Below, piece by piece: positions 51,546 to 61,607 of a stretch of DNA of 64,000 nucleotides. The stretch is from an uncultured Gemmatimonadales bacterium. Its GTDB lineage: Bacteria > Gemmatimonadota > Gemmatimonadetes > Gemmatimonadales > GWC2-71-9. The stretch's first letter is position 1, and every line of letters starts with the position of its first letter. The stretch is taken from assembly GCA_963828735.1 (NCBI GenBank), contig CAWHFW010000002.1, forward strand, positions 896,001 through 960,000. Reading direction: 5' to 3'. Position numbers and translations under genes: made by a program. The notes under the pieces were generated by a model. The model was given only the letters and a program-made list of their open reading frames with translations. It searched no databases and was not told the origin of the DNA.

Positions 51546-53432
51546 CTAGGCTAACCGGCCGTCCCTGGCGACGGCCCGCTGGTCGGCGGCGGACGGCAGT
51601 GTGACGACGAACGTCGCTCCACCTTCCGGATTGTTCGCCGCCGACAGGGAACCTCCATGGGTGGTAAGGATCGAGCGGCAGATGGCGAGTCCCAGCCCTA
51701 GCCCGTCGCGCTTCGTCGTTACGAACGGCTCGAAGACCCGCGCCAGCGCGTCCGGCGCGATCCCGCTACCCCGGTCGCTGACCTCGATGCGCGCCTCCCC
51801 GTGCTTCGCGGTGGCGATGACCAGCCTGCGCTCACCGGGAGGCGTATCACTCATCGCGTCGCACGCGTTCATCACCAGGTTCAGGAGCACCTGCTGCAGC
51901 TGCACGCGGTCCCCGCGGACCAGCGGCGCGGGCTCACACAAGCGGGTGGCGACGACTACGCCACGATGCCGCAGGTCGGTGCGCACCAACTCGAGCACCT
52001 CGCTGACGACCGCGTTCGTCGACAGCACCTGCGGTTTGGCCCCATCCTTCTTGACGAGGCTGCGCACGTGGTCGATCACCTCCCCGGCGCGCCGGTTGTC
52101 CGCCACAATGTCCTCGAGAATCGCGCCCAGCTCGGCCGACCCGGCACCGTTGGCTTTCAGCAGACGCTGACCGGCGGTCGCGTTCGCCAGGCTCGCGGTG
52201 AGCGGCTGCATCAGCTCATGCGCCAGCGTGGCCGACAGCTCGCCCACCAGCGCAACACGTCCCAGGTGGGCCAGCTCGCGGCGCTGCTCGTCGGCGCGCC
52301 CCTCGCTCTTCCGAAGCGCGGCCTGGGTCCGAAGCAGCCAGAGGATCAATGCCGATTGGAGCAGGAGCACGCCGAGGATCGCGAGGATGGTCGTCCGGTA
52401 GTGCTCCCAGGGCGATGGCGTGCGGAAGAGCACCTCGGTGTCCGGAGGAAGGCGGTCCTCCGACAGGCCCCAGCGCTGCAACTCCCGCCAATCCACGACC
52501 AGCGGGGTGGCGGCCACCTCCGCGGGGGGCATCGGCTCGCCCGGCGCGCGTCGAAGGACCCGCACAAGGAGGCGACCGGTGCGCATGCCGTCGTCCGCGA
52601 AATCCATCACGCCGCCGCCGACGACCCCGTTGCCGACCCAGTGGCGGACGATCCCGAACACGGGTACCGACGCCACGCGCGTAAGGCTGGCGATCAGGTC
52701 CCCGGCATTGAACTTCCCTCCGCGCCGGTCCCGCGAGAAGGACGAGAAGATCACGATCGTTCGAGGAGGGATGCGACGGAGACTGTTGATGAGCGATTCG
52801 TAGGTCCAATCCTGCAGCACCTCCAGCTCCATCCCGTTCAGGAGTGGGGTGATCTGGCGCAGCGCCACGGAAAGCAGGAGGGAGTCTAGCGGCGCGGCCC
52901 CGCTGACCACGACGACGCGCTTCGCATCCGGCTGCAGCGCCCGCGCCACCAAGTAGGTCGCGCCGAATGCCAACGGCTGCCGCCGTCCGGTCACATTCGC
53001 GGGAAGGGCGGAGAAATCAACGATCGCCTCGAAGGCGCCCCCGTACACGACCGGTACACCCGGAAAGAGGTGACTCAGCCGCTCCGTGGCGAATCGCAGC
53101 GCCGGCGTCCCTTCGGCCACGATGGCGTCGGGTCTGAACCCCGGATACTTCGCGGCGAAGTAGCGGGCGAATGCTGGCGAGCGGTCGCGGTCCGGGAAGC
53201 GGCTGGCGTCCAGGTACTCGTCGTAGATCTCGGCGCGGTGATGAAACTCCTCATCCACCACCGTCTTCAACTGCTGCGTGAACGCGATGGTCCCGGGGGC
53301 ATTGGGGTCATACGCGTAGAGCATCAGGATCTTCTTCGTCTCCTGCACCGACTGCGCGTTAAGGGGGACAGTGGCCGCCCAGATCATGACGGCCACGAGG
53401 ACGGTACCGCGCTCGATCAGACGCACGCACAT
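51546..53432 (-). CDS. Sensor histidine kinase with periplasmic ABC-binding-protein-like domain
   Basis: Signal/TM; VVDWRELQRWG; LAHELMQP H box, QVLLNLVMNA, DRGSG, GLGLGL. Confidence 0.9.
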   Translation of the reverse strand: MCVRLIERGTVLVAVMIWAATVPLNAQSVQETKKILMLYAYDPNAPGTIAFTQQLKTVVDEEFHHRAEIYDEYLDASRFPDRDRSPAFARYFAAKYPGFRPDAIVAEGTPALRFATERLSHLFPGVPVVYGGAFEAIVDFSALPANVTGRRQPLAFGATYLVARALQPDAKRVVVVSGAAPLDSLLLSVALRQITPLLNGMELEVLQDWTYESLINSLRRIPPRTIVIFSSFSRDRRGGKFNAGDLIASLTRVASVPVFGIVRHWVGNGVVGGGVMDFADDGMRTGRLLVRVLRRAPGEPMPPAEVAATPLVVDWRELQRWGLSEDRLPPDTEVLFRTPSPWEHYRTTILAILGVLLLQSALILWLLRTQAALRKSEGRADEQRRELAHLGRVALVGELSATLAHELMQPLTASLANATAGQRLLKANGAGSAELGAILEDIVADNRRAGEVIDHVRSLVKKDGAKPQVLSTNAVVSEVLELVRTDLRHRGVVVATRLCEPAPLVRGDRVQLQQVLLNLVMNACDAMSDTPPGERRLVIATAKHGEARIEVSDRGSGIAPDALARVFEPFVTTKRDGLGLGLAICRSILTTHGGSLSAANNPEGGATFVVTLPSAADQRAVARDGRLA

Positions 53433-53703
53433 CGTCCGAGCCGTTCGTTGACCAGGCGGGTACGCGGCCGTGCACGCCCGCTGCCACTGGTGATATGCGC
53501 TGTCTCGTCCCAGGTGAGCCAGACCACCGCGACGCCGCGCACACGCGGCTCACGCTGAAGCACGTCGCGGTCACGGAGAGCGTCCGCCAAGGCGGAGCCC
53601 GTCAGATCGGTCACGGTCGGGCCTTTGGGGAGAAGCACTTCAAATGTGTCGTAGGGGGGGCAGGACCGCCAGCATCGATGGAGCGGCGGTCCGCCCGGTC
53701 ACG

Positions 53704-54267
53704 TCACTCCGGCGTGTCCTGCAAGTGGGCCTCGACGAACCACAGCCACTTGTCGGTGCCGCGTGAGATCTCCGTCAGGATGTCCGCGCTATCCGCATCC
53801 TCCAGCTCGTTCATCTCCTCGATGCCGATCCGCGCGGTCCTGCCAAACCCCGCCAGCGCGTCCGACAGCGCCGCCACGTGCTCGGCGCCGGTCGTGAGCG
53901 TCAGGGGATAGTCGATCAACGCCGTACGCTTCGCCACCGCCCCGACCGTTCCCTCGGCGATGCCGCCGAGTTGCACGATGCGCTCCGCGATGAGATCGAT
54001 GTAGTCCTCGACCTCTTCGTTGACCTCGTCGAACAGCTTGTGCAGGGCGATGAACTGGGGACCCTTCACGTTCCAGTGGGCCTGTTTGCACTGGGTCTGC
54101 AGGTCGATGCAATCGGCCAGGCGCTGATTCAGCAGCGTGATGGCCTCGACCCGGGTCTCCTCGGGGAGGTCGTTCTTGGTCCGGTAGAGACGGGGTCGAT
54201 CGGTGCCTGAGCCGTTACGGCTATGCCGGGCCTGCGCCGAGCGCCGTCCGGTCGCGATGCGTGCCAT
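53704..54267 (-). CDS. dps: DNA starvation/stationary phase protection protein
   Basis: AGGAGGTG RBS; KQAHWNVKGPQFIALHKLFDE, DLIAERIVQLGG, DKWLWFVEAH. Confidence 0.95.
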   Translation of the reverse strand: MARIATGRRSAQARHSRNGSGTDRPRLYRTKNDLPEETRVEAITLLNQRLADCIDLQTQCKQAHWNVKGPQFIALHKLFDEVNEEVEDYIDLIAERIVQLGGIAEGTVGAVAKRTALIDYPLTLTTGAEHVAALSDALAGFGRTARIGIEEMNELEDADSADILTEISRGTDKWLWFVEAHLQDTPE

Positions 54268-54377
54268 TACGGACACCTCCTATGGATGGTGATGCGGTTC
54301 GCCATCCTCTGAAGGAGGTCCTCCGAACCCGCGGGCGCAAGAGGGCGGCCGCCGGTCCGACTGGTTATTTTGTACCC

Positions 54378-55830
54378 ATGCCAACTGCGCCATTCCGGTG
54401 TTTTCTCCTTCTCGTGGACGGGCTTCGCCCGGACGTGGCCGAGGCCTGCCTCGGGGCCGGAGATCTCCCCAACCTCGCGGCGATGCTGAACCTCGGCGGA
54501 CACACGCGCGCCATCACCGTGTTCCCCTCCACCACCAGCGTCGCCTATCTGCCGTTCCTGACGGGCTGCACGCCCGGACATTGCAACGTCCCGTCGATCC
54601 GCTGGCTCGACCGCCGTCGCTATGGAGGCCGCTGGTGGCGCGAGCGGGACAGCGTCCGGAGCTACTGCGGCTACCAGGCGTCGCGTCTGGACGACGACAT
54701 CTCGCCCGACGTCCGGACCATCTTCGAGCTGGTGCCCGAAAGCGTCGGGATTTTCACGCCAGTGGCGCGGGGACTCACGCCGGCGCGGGATCCCTCCCGC
54801 CGGGAGCGCCAGTTCTGGGGCGCGCTCGCCCACTACGCCCAGTGGCACCAGCCGTCGGACGACGCGGTCGCGCGCCACCTCCTGCGGGCGGCGGACGGTC
54901 CGGCGCGTTTCGTCTTCGCCCAGTTCCCCGCGGTCGACGGGTACGCGCATCAGACCCATCCCGAGGCCGCGTCGGTGCTGTCGGCGCTGCGAAAGGTGGA
55001 TGGCGACGTGGGTCGGTTGCGCGAGCGGCTCCGCGCGCGCGGTGAGCTCGAGCGCTCGACTGCTGATCCTGGTGAGCGATCACGGGCCACGCGACGGTCC
55101 ACACCCACCTCGACCTGCCCGAGTGGTTCCGCGCGCAGGGCGTGCCGACGCTCACGCATCCGGTGTTGTGGGAGCGCGATCCCGCGGGCGGCGGTGATGG
55201 TGGCCGGCAACGGCTCCGCGATGGTCTACGCGCGGCCGGGCGAGCCGCGGGCCGAGCGCTGGCCGATCGAGCGCCTGCGAAGCCCCGAGGCGTTCGGCGT
55301 GGCCGCCGACCTCGTGGAGCGGCTGCTCCGCGAGCCGGCGGTCGGGTTGGTGGCCGCCGAATCGGGCGATGGCGCCGTGTGGGTGAGCGACGCGGAGGGG
55401 ACGGCGCTGGTCCGGCGCAGACCCGGCGGGATGGCATACGAGCCGCTCACGGGTGATCCGCTCGGGGTCGGCGGCGCACGCGCCGGCTCGATGCGCGATT
55501 GGCTGGAGGCGACCTGGGACGCCGCCTATCCCGACGCGGCCTACCATCTGTTCGACCAGTTCCGCGGCCCATCGCACGGGTGACCTCTGGTCGTCGCGCG
55601 GGAGGGCTACGACTTCCGCAAGCGGTTCGAGGTGCCCGGAGCATCGGTCGGGGCACGGGAGCCTCACGCGAGCGCACATGCAGACGCCGGTCTGGTCGAG
55701 CGAGCCGCTCGCCGCCGAGCCGATTCGGACCATGGATCTGTTTCCGGCGATGCTGGATTGGCTCGGGGAGCGGGTGCCGGCGGGACTCGACGGGGAGGCG
55801 ATCTGGCTGCCCGGCGGAACGGTTGCGTAA
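54378..55830 (+). CDS. Alkaline phosphatase / nucleotide pyrophosphatase superfamily protein with ~6 single-base frameshifts (probable read errors, or a pseudogene)
   Basis: LLVDGLRPD, TVFPSTT, DGYAH, LILVSDHG and SGHGSL motifs spread over three frames. Confidence 0.8.
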
Positions 55831-55879
55831 GAGCGCGCGGATCACACGCAGTTTTCCCTCTCCCGCACAGGCCGGGACC

Positions 55880-55953
55880 GGGTCCGTAGCTCAGTTGGAT
55901 AGAGCGCTTGCCTCCGGAGCAAGAGGTCGCGCGTTCGAGTCGCGCCGGGCCCA
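55880..55953 (+). tRNA. tRNA-Arg(CCG)
   Basis: Anticodon arm CTTGC-CTCCGGA-GCAAG; T arm GCGCGTTCGAGTCGCGC. Confidence 0.96.
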
Positions 55954-55967
55954 CTCTGGAAGGTTTT

Positions 55968-56000
55968 CCCCCGCTTCGACTTCGGTTGAGGCGGGGTTTT
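55968..56000 (+). terminator. Terminator after tRNA-Arg(CCG)
   Basis: CCCCGCTTCGAC-TTCG-GTTGAGGCGGGG followed by TTTT. Confidence 0.7.
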
Positions 56001-56297
56001 CCGTTTCCACTCCCCGCCTCCTCCACGGTAGCGTTCCGGGCGACAAACCCGACGTTTCCGAGGCGATCTTTCATCGCCTCGAGGTGCCGCTCGATTCAGG
56101 CCGACCTCTCGGACTGTAAGCCGCAGCATGGGTGCGGTTAGTCCTGAATCCGCCGAAAACTCGTGTGGTGCCTGTCACGGCGTGCGCGCCGCACCGTCTG
56201 GTACCGTAAAGGTATCGGGTGTCTTCTCTTCCTCGGACGTTCCCCGTACGATGGAACCCCAGCACATATCGCTCACCCTCCACCTGACCACCGCCCC

Positions 56298-57356
56298 ATG
56301 CGCTTGCCCAGCCGCGTCACACCGCTCCTGATGCTTGCCAGCCTGGGCTGTGGCGGCGGAGATCTCGCTCTCCCGTCCTCCGATGTCGGTCCGGAAGAGC
56401 TCGTGCTGGTGCAGGGAGATCATCAGGTGGGTGTGGCCGGCGCGCGGCTGCCTGACTCCCTCCTCGTGCGCGTCGTGGATACGCTCGGCGTCGGCGTTCC
56501 CGGCAGGCAGGTAACTTGGGTGGTCGCCATCGGGGACGGCAGTGTCGTTCCAAAGGTGGATACCAGCGACTCGGCTGGCCTCGCTTCGACCCGGTGGACC
56601 TTGGGGCCTGAGACCGGCGCCAACGCCGTCAGGGCGATGCTGCCGACCCAGGGCTTCGTGACGTTCACCGCGGTAGCCGACAGTGGCGACGGTGGAACGA
56701 CAGTGCCGAGCTCGGGTCGTTCCACTGTCTCCGCCGACCCGGGCACCATCGTCATGGGGTCCGAGAGCTCGACGATTACCGTCACCGTCCGCGACGAACA
56801 GGGCAACCCCGTGGAGGGCGCGACCGTAACCCTTCAGGCGAGTGGTGCGGGCAATGGCTTGACCCAGCCGTCCGGCACGTCGAGCTCGGATGGCACGGCT
56901 CGCGGAACGCTCACCGCGACCGAACCGGGGACGGTCGCGGTGGTCGCAACGGTCAACGGGTCGGTGCAGGTGAGTCAGACCGCCGAAGTCACCGTCACCG
57001 GCGCTCCCGCCGGACACGTGGATCACTTCGTCTTCCGACTTCAGCCGCACGACGTGCACACGGGTGAGCCATTTCGAGTGGAGGCGGCCTTGGTGGACGC
57101 GGACGGCAACGTGGTGCCGCTGTCGGGAGTACTGATGTATCTCGGGCTCTTCCCGGACGGGAGTGACGTGCCCACCAACAAGCGGCTGTCAGGTGACCGC
57201 TTCAGAGCGACCGAAGACGGGGTGGCGGTGTTCGACGATCTGGCGGTCACCAAGAAAGGGCGATACCGCTTGCGCGTGCTGTCCGATCAGTTACCCGAGC
57301 TGGGGCCTCACGGGCCTGAACCATTTCTGTTCAGTCTGCCCTTCGAGGTGAACTGA
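56298..57356 (+). CDS. Ig-like (Big_1/invasin-type) domain lipoprotein
   Basis: SLGC lipobox; GDHQVG..L.DSLLVRV, TITVTVRDEQGNPVEGATVTL..DGTA repeats. Confidence 0.8.
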   Translation: MRLPSRVTPLLMLASLGCGGGDLALPSSDVGPEELVLVQGDHQVGVAGARLPDSLLVRVVDTLGVGVPGRQVTWVVAIGDGSVVPKVDTSDSAGLASTRWTLGPETGANAVRAMLPTQGFVTFTAVADSGDGGTTVPSSGRSTVSADPGTIVMGSESSTITVTVRDEQGNPVEGATVTLQASGAGNGLTQPSGTSSSDGTARGTLTATEPGTVAVVATVNGSVQVSQTAEVTVTGAPAGHVDHFVFRLQPHDVHTGEPFRVEAALVDADGNVVPLSGVLMYLGLFPDGSDVPTNKRLSGDRFRATEDGVAVFDDLAVTKKGRYRLRVLSDQLPELGPHGPEPFLFSLPFEVN

Positions 57357-57612
57357 TGCCGGAGCCCCGCCAGCCTTGCGGGGTCGGTCCCGCTGGGTAG
57401 GTCCAAGGCGACGCGGTACTCCACGGCTTCAGTACGGTGCCGTACGTTCCCACGGCGGCCGCATATCTCCTCGAGCACGTCGCCTCGCCTATTGTATCAG
57501 CCTGCTTGGCGTCCGTCTAAATGCCGTGAGTCGTCTCACAGATAGCGGTGGTACCTGCCGCTAGTGTGCGCGTCCGCGTAGTAGCAGTCCCAGAAACAGG
57601 GAAGGAAGTCCA

Positions 57613-58128
57613 ATGGCACGAGTTACAGCTGTATTTGACGACCGGGCAAAAGCTGAGCAAGCGGTCTATGAGCTTCGCCGCCGGGGCGTGAAGGATACCG
57701 ATCTCTCATTCGTTGCTCGGACCGAAGATGACGCTGTTGCCGCAGGGGCCGGCCGAGAGGCCACACGCGAGACTGCAGGTGAACGAGCGGCCAAGGGGGC
57801 GGCCGTGGGCGCAGGTGCCGGACTGCTCTTCGGCTTGGTGGCCCTCGCAATCCCGGGGCTGGGACCTTTCATTACCGCAGGGGGTCTAGCTTCCGCTTTA
57901 GGGACCACTGGTGGCGCGTTGGCATCGGGCGCGATTGTGGGTGGCACATCCGGCGCTATCGCTGGCGCGCTTACCCGTGCAGGCTTCGACAAGGAAGAGG
58001 CTGAGTTCTACGGCCCCGCGGTCGAGCAGGGCGGAGTTCTAGTGGCCATGGATACCACTGCAGGAATTCCGGCCGCCGAGGCACGTGAGATCCTGGAGCG
58101 AGAGGGCGGGCGCACTTACGGTCGCTGA
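57613..58128 (+). CDS. General stress protein (17M-like) with glycine zipper
   Basis: VTAVFDDRAKAEQAV..L, GAAVGAGAG..IPGLGPFITAG, EAEFY..VEQGGVLV. Confidence 0.75.
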   Translation: MARVTAVFDDRAKAEQAVYELRRRGVKDTDLSFVARTEDDAVAAGAGREATRETAGERAAKGAAVGAGAGLLFGLVALAIPGLGPFITAGGLASALGTTGGALASGAIVGGTSGAIAGALTRAGFDKEEAEFYGPAVEQGGVLVAMDTTAGIPAAEAREILEREGGRTYGR

Positions 58129-58685
58129 GCAGGGCGGTACGTGAAAGCGAACAACGGCGTGCGAAGAGACCAACTTCTCTCGCACGTCGCTGTTCTTGCC
58201 GCAGTGAGGGAAATTGGCCGTAACGCTCGGGAACAATTCCTCGTCAAGCGGCGGTCGGGATGGCGCGAGATTTTAGCACAGATGCCTTCGGCTGAGAGTA
58301 ACCCACGCTTCCCCCTTCCAGTCCAAGTGTTCCCGGAGGCGGCCAACGTCCCTCCATCCCGCTCCGATTGAGCGACTCCCTCCAATACACCAGACCCCCA
58401 AACCTAAGTCACGGCTACGGCCCTGACTGCGTCGGCCGGCGCTTCCCAGGGTACAACTCCCGGTCGCTGCGCGGTGGCGAGGCGTTTCGCGCCTGTTTGC
58501 GACGAGTGATTGCGAGGCGCCGGTTCTGTCCGCCACCGTACCGTTGCTCCCTGATGCGCAACCTCTAGGTTCTCCTCGCGTGACTTGGCACACGGCGTTC
58601 ATCGGCCAGCTGGGCGATCCTGTGGCCCGCTTTAGTGCGACACGACTCCGCGGAGGCCATGGCCGGCCGCGACAGGAGCGACACC

Positions 58686-59171
58686 ATGACTATGCCAGAT
58701 AATGCCACTGCACTCTCCACCCGGCAGTCGGCTGAAGCCGAGAATATCGAGGTACCCAGGACGTCCGGGGCGCGCGCGCAGATTCGCGAGGTGAAGGACC
58801 AGGTAGTTGGGGAAGCGAAAAACTCCTTCCGCCAGGCGCGTGACAGCGCCACCTCCAGTTTGACCCAGAGCCGCCAGAAGGCCGCCGAAAGAATCGACGG
58901 GATCGCCACCGCTATCCGAAAGACGAGCGATCATCTGCGGTCGGAAAATGAGCCTCGGGTCGCCGATTTGACCCGCTCTCTCGCCGAGCAGGCTGAGCGG
59001 CTCGCCTCCTACCTACGTGACCGCGATTTCCGAGCAGTTCAGGCCGACCTTCAGGATTTCGCCCGCCAGCGGCCCGCGATCGCCCTCGGCGCGGCATTGG
59101 CAGCCGGCATGCTCGCGGCACGCTTCTTCAAGAGCTCGCAGCGCTCCGGAGGCCAGTATGGCGGAGCCTAG
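58686..59171 (+). CDS. Hypothetical ElaB/DUF883-like tail-anchored protein
   Basis: AGGAG RBS; amphipathic helices; FARQRPAIALGAALAAGMLAARFFKSS. Confidence 0.75.
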   Translation: MTMPDNATALSTRQSAEAENIEVPRTSGARAQIREVKDQVVGEAKNSFRQARDSATSSLTQSRQKAAERIDGIATAIRKTSDHLRSENEPRVADLTRSLAEQAERLASYLRDRDFRAVQADLQDFARQRPAIALGAALAAGMLAARFFKSSQRSGGQYGGA

Positions 59172-59568
59172 AGGCAGGACCGTCGAGGGACGGACGTTGG
59201 GCGAGCTGTTCGGCGAACTGTCCGAGGACATGGGCCTGCTGGTTCGTCAGGAAGCCCAGCTCGCGAAAACCGAGATGCAACAGAAGCTGTCCAAGGTCAC
59301 GTCGGATCTGGTGGCCCTCGCGACTAGCAGCGTGATCAGCCTCACCGGCGGGTTGGCATTGACCGCCGCGGTGATCCTGCTGTTGATCGATCCCGTGGGG
59401 CTCAAGCCCTGGCTCGCAGCGCTGCTGGTGGGCTTGGCGCTGGGTCTCACCGGGTGGGTCATGTTCCAGGGAGGAGTGAAGGACTTGAAGCGGACCGACC
59501 CGACGCCTCGGCGGACGGTGCATACCCTCAAGGAAGACATTCAATGGGCGAAGGAGCAGCGGCCATGA
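59158..59568 (+). CDS. Phage-holin-like membrane protein (DUF1469/holin-X type)
   Basis: TLGELFGELSEDMGLLVRQEAQLAKTE, two TM helices, PRRTVHTLKED..W. Confidence 0.85.
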   Translation: MAEPRGRTVEGRTLGELFGELSEDMGLLVRQEAQLAKTEMQQKLSKVTSDLVALATSSVISLTGGLALTAAVILLLIDPVGLKPWLAALLVGLALGLTGWVMFQGGVKDLKRTDPTPRRTVHTLKEDIQWAKEQRP

Positions 59569-60491
59569 CCGGAATTGAACGAGACGCATCGGAGGAGCGG
59601 TCCCCCGAGGACATGGAGCACGAGATCCAGCGCACTCGGGAGCGCATGACCACCAACATCGACGAGTTAAGCGAGCGGCTGAGTCCGGACAATCTCAAGC
59701 AACAGGCCAAGGACGCGATCGCGGACAAGGCCCAGGAGGTCGTCGCCGGCGTGGGGGATCAGGCTCGTGAGACCGGCGCCCGGATGGTTGACTTCATCAC
59801 TCAGAACCCGCTGCCGGTCGCCGCCGTCGGACTCGGCGCGATCTGGCTCTTTGCGCTTGGCAAGGGAAGCCGGAGCGAGGTATCCGGAGACCGCATGGCC
59901 CGCTTCGCCTACACGGGGCCCGAGCGACGCGAGCCGAACGGGCGCGCGGTCCTGGGCCGGCGGGTCGCGGACGGCGCACAGTCGGTCCGCGAGAGCGTGA
60001 GCGAGACCGTATCCGAGGTGGGTGCGAAGGCAGGCATCATGAAGGATCGCTTGCAGGACCGGGTCGGTGACCTCGGACACGCCGCTCGCCAGGGGACCCG
60101 CGAAGCGCGCGGCGGGCTGGAGAAGGCGATGAAAGACAATCCGCTCGCCGTCGCAGCAGGGACTGTGGTGCTGGGCCTCGCTCTGGGGATGCTGATCCCG
60201 GATACCGAGCCGGAGCGTCGGGTGATGGGCGCCACCCGTGACGAGTTGGTCGATCGGGTGCAAGAGGCGGCCGCTCGAGTCAAGGGCGCCGCGGTGGAGG
60301 CGGGCCGAGAGCTGCAGCAGACGGTGCGGGAAGAGATGTCGGCTCGCGGCCCGCAAGTGAAGGAGACGCTAGCAGACGCGGCGGCGACGGTCAAGGATCA
60401 GCTCAAGGATTCCGCCGGGCGGGTGACGCAGGAGGCCAAGCGTGCCATCCCGAAAGCGTCGTCGAAGGAGGATCGCGGGCCCGTCGGGTGA
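59565..60491 (+). CDS. DUF3618 domain protein
   Basis: SPEDMEHEIQRTRERMTTNIDELSERLSP; NPLPVAAVGLG and NPLAVAAG..GMLIP.TE.E. Confidence 0.85.
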   Translation: MTGIERDASEERSPEDMEHEIQRTRERMTTNIDELSERLSPDNLKQQAKDAIADKAQEVVAGVGDQARETGARMVDFITQNPLPVAAVGLGAIWLFALGKGSRSEVSGDRMARFAYTGPERREPNGRAVLGRRVADGAQSVRESVSETVSEVGAKAGIMKDRLQDRVGDLGHAARQGTREARGGLEKAMKDNPLAVAAGTVVLGLALGMLIPDTEPERRVMGATRDELVDRVQEAAARVKGAAVEAGRELQQTVREEMSARGPQVKETLADAAATVKDQLKDSAGRVTQEAKRAIPKASSKEDRGPVG

Positions 60492-60672
60492 TGCGCCGAG
60501 TCGAATGCCGCCGGTGGTCTCTCGCCGACCGCCGGCGCTACTCGGGGTTTGGATGGTCATCGGGCCGCGCGGACGCAGCAACCGTCAGGGAACGTAGTTC
60601 ACTCGCAGGGGGAGACGTCATCACACTAAGTAATGGACTCACCACTACAGCCCGTGAAGAAAACCAACACCG

Positions 60673-60888
60673 CTAATGCTGCGAGGTAACGCGGCACCTC
60701 ATCGTCGCTGTACTTGGCTGCAATCTCGGCATGGTGAATATAGGCCCACGCGGCCTAGATTCGCCCCGGCGTATCGATGGGATGCTTGTTGTCCACCGAA
60801 TCGGCGAAGGTAGCCTCGCGTACTTCTCGACCCCTTCCTGAGGATTCGCGTCGCGGCGGTGGATCCCTTTGGGCACCTGATCCTCCAC
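60673..60888 (-). pseudogene. DUF6582-like pseudogene
   Basis: ..DANPQEGVEKY, then after a frameshift near 60818 EATFADSVDNKHPIDTPGRI*AAWAYIHHAEIAAKYSDDEV with an in-frame TAG. Confidence 0.65.
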
Positions 60889-61017
60889 AGGAGCGGCGTC
60901 GCTGCAGTGCGTTCAATCTCGGGCCAAGATCCGGTGGCCCAGTGCGGCTCTATCAGCCAGGCGGCGCTCCTCAGAGTGCGCGACAGGAAACACCCGTGCC
61001 GCTAGTTCAAGCCGTCA

Positions 61018-61473
61018 TCAATCCAGCAATGACTTGGGCGGGGATGCCTGTTCGGTGGCTGTGCCACACGAGGAATGGATTGGGAGTCCCTCCGCGCTCA
61101 TCGCGAGCACGTTCGCGAGGATGGAGCGGAGCGCTTTGAAGCTGAAGGGTTTCTCCAACAGCAGGCCCGGCAGGAGCACGTCCTGATCGTGTCCTCCGGC
61201 CGACAGGAAGATCAACGGAAGACCCGGTTGACGGCGGCGCAACTCGGCGGTCACCTCGTCTCCTAATGCGTCGGGGAAGTGCAGGTCGATCACCGCGGCG
61301 TTGAGCTGGAGCTTGAGCCGATCGAGGAGCCCGACAGCCTCCCCCTGTGTCGACACCGTGAGGACATGATACCCGGCCCGGAGGAGCGCCAGCGTGATCA
61401 CGTTCCGGACGCTCTCGAGGTCGTCCACCACGAGAATCAGCGGCCGGTCTGCAAGCCAATCAGCGAGATGCAT
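61018..61473 (-). CDS. Stand-alone response regulator receiver
   Basis: ILVVDDL, AAVIDLHFP, LIFLS, LEKPF. Confidence 0.8.
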   Translation of the reverse strand: MHLADWLADRPLILVVDDLESVRNVITLALLRAGYHVLTVSTQGEAVGLLDRLKLQLNAAVIDLHFPDALGDEVTAELRRRQPGLPLIFLSAGGHDQDVLLPGLLLEKPFSFKALRSILANVLAMSAEGLPIHSSCGTATEQASPPKSLLD

Positions 61474-61607
61474 CCTTCACCCTAGGTGCGGTGGCTGGGG
61501 GGGCAACCGCTGGATTGGCAAATTTGGCTCGAAGGAGTGTCGGACGCAAACCGCGGTCGCGGTCGAGCGTCTACAGCCGCGCGGCGGGTGCTTGAAGTGG
61601 CCTGCCC

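Noticed and set aside
53417..53640. Short ORFs between the kinase and dps
   Set aside because: No RBS or recognisable motif; possibly a gene fragment but unsupported
50056..53700. att-bounded island at tRNA-Pro
   Set aside because: The region looks accessory, but no convincing repeat of the tRNA-Pro 3' end was found (only TTCAAAT near 53639)
54378..55830. Programmed frameshifting or phase variation
   Set aside because: Six scattered indels with no slippery heptamer or long repeat tract fit sequencing error better
58130..58620. ORFs or gene remnant between the stress genes
   Set aside because: Frames are broken by stops and resemble no family I can name
59158..59568. Prophage lysis gene
   Set aside because: No endolysin, structural or replication genes; this holin-like family typically occurs in stress operons
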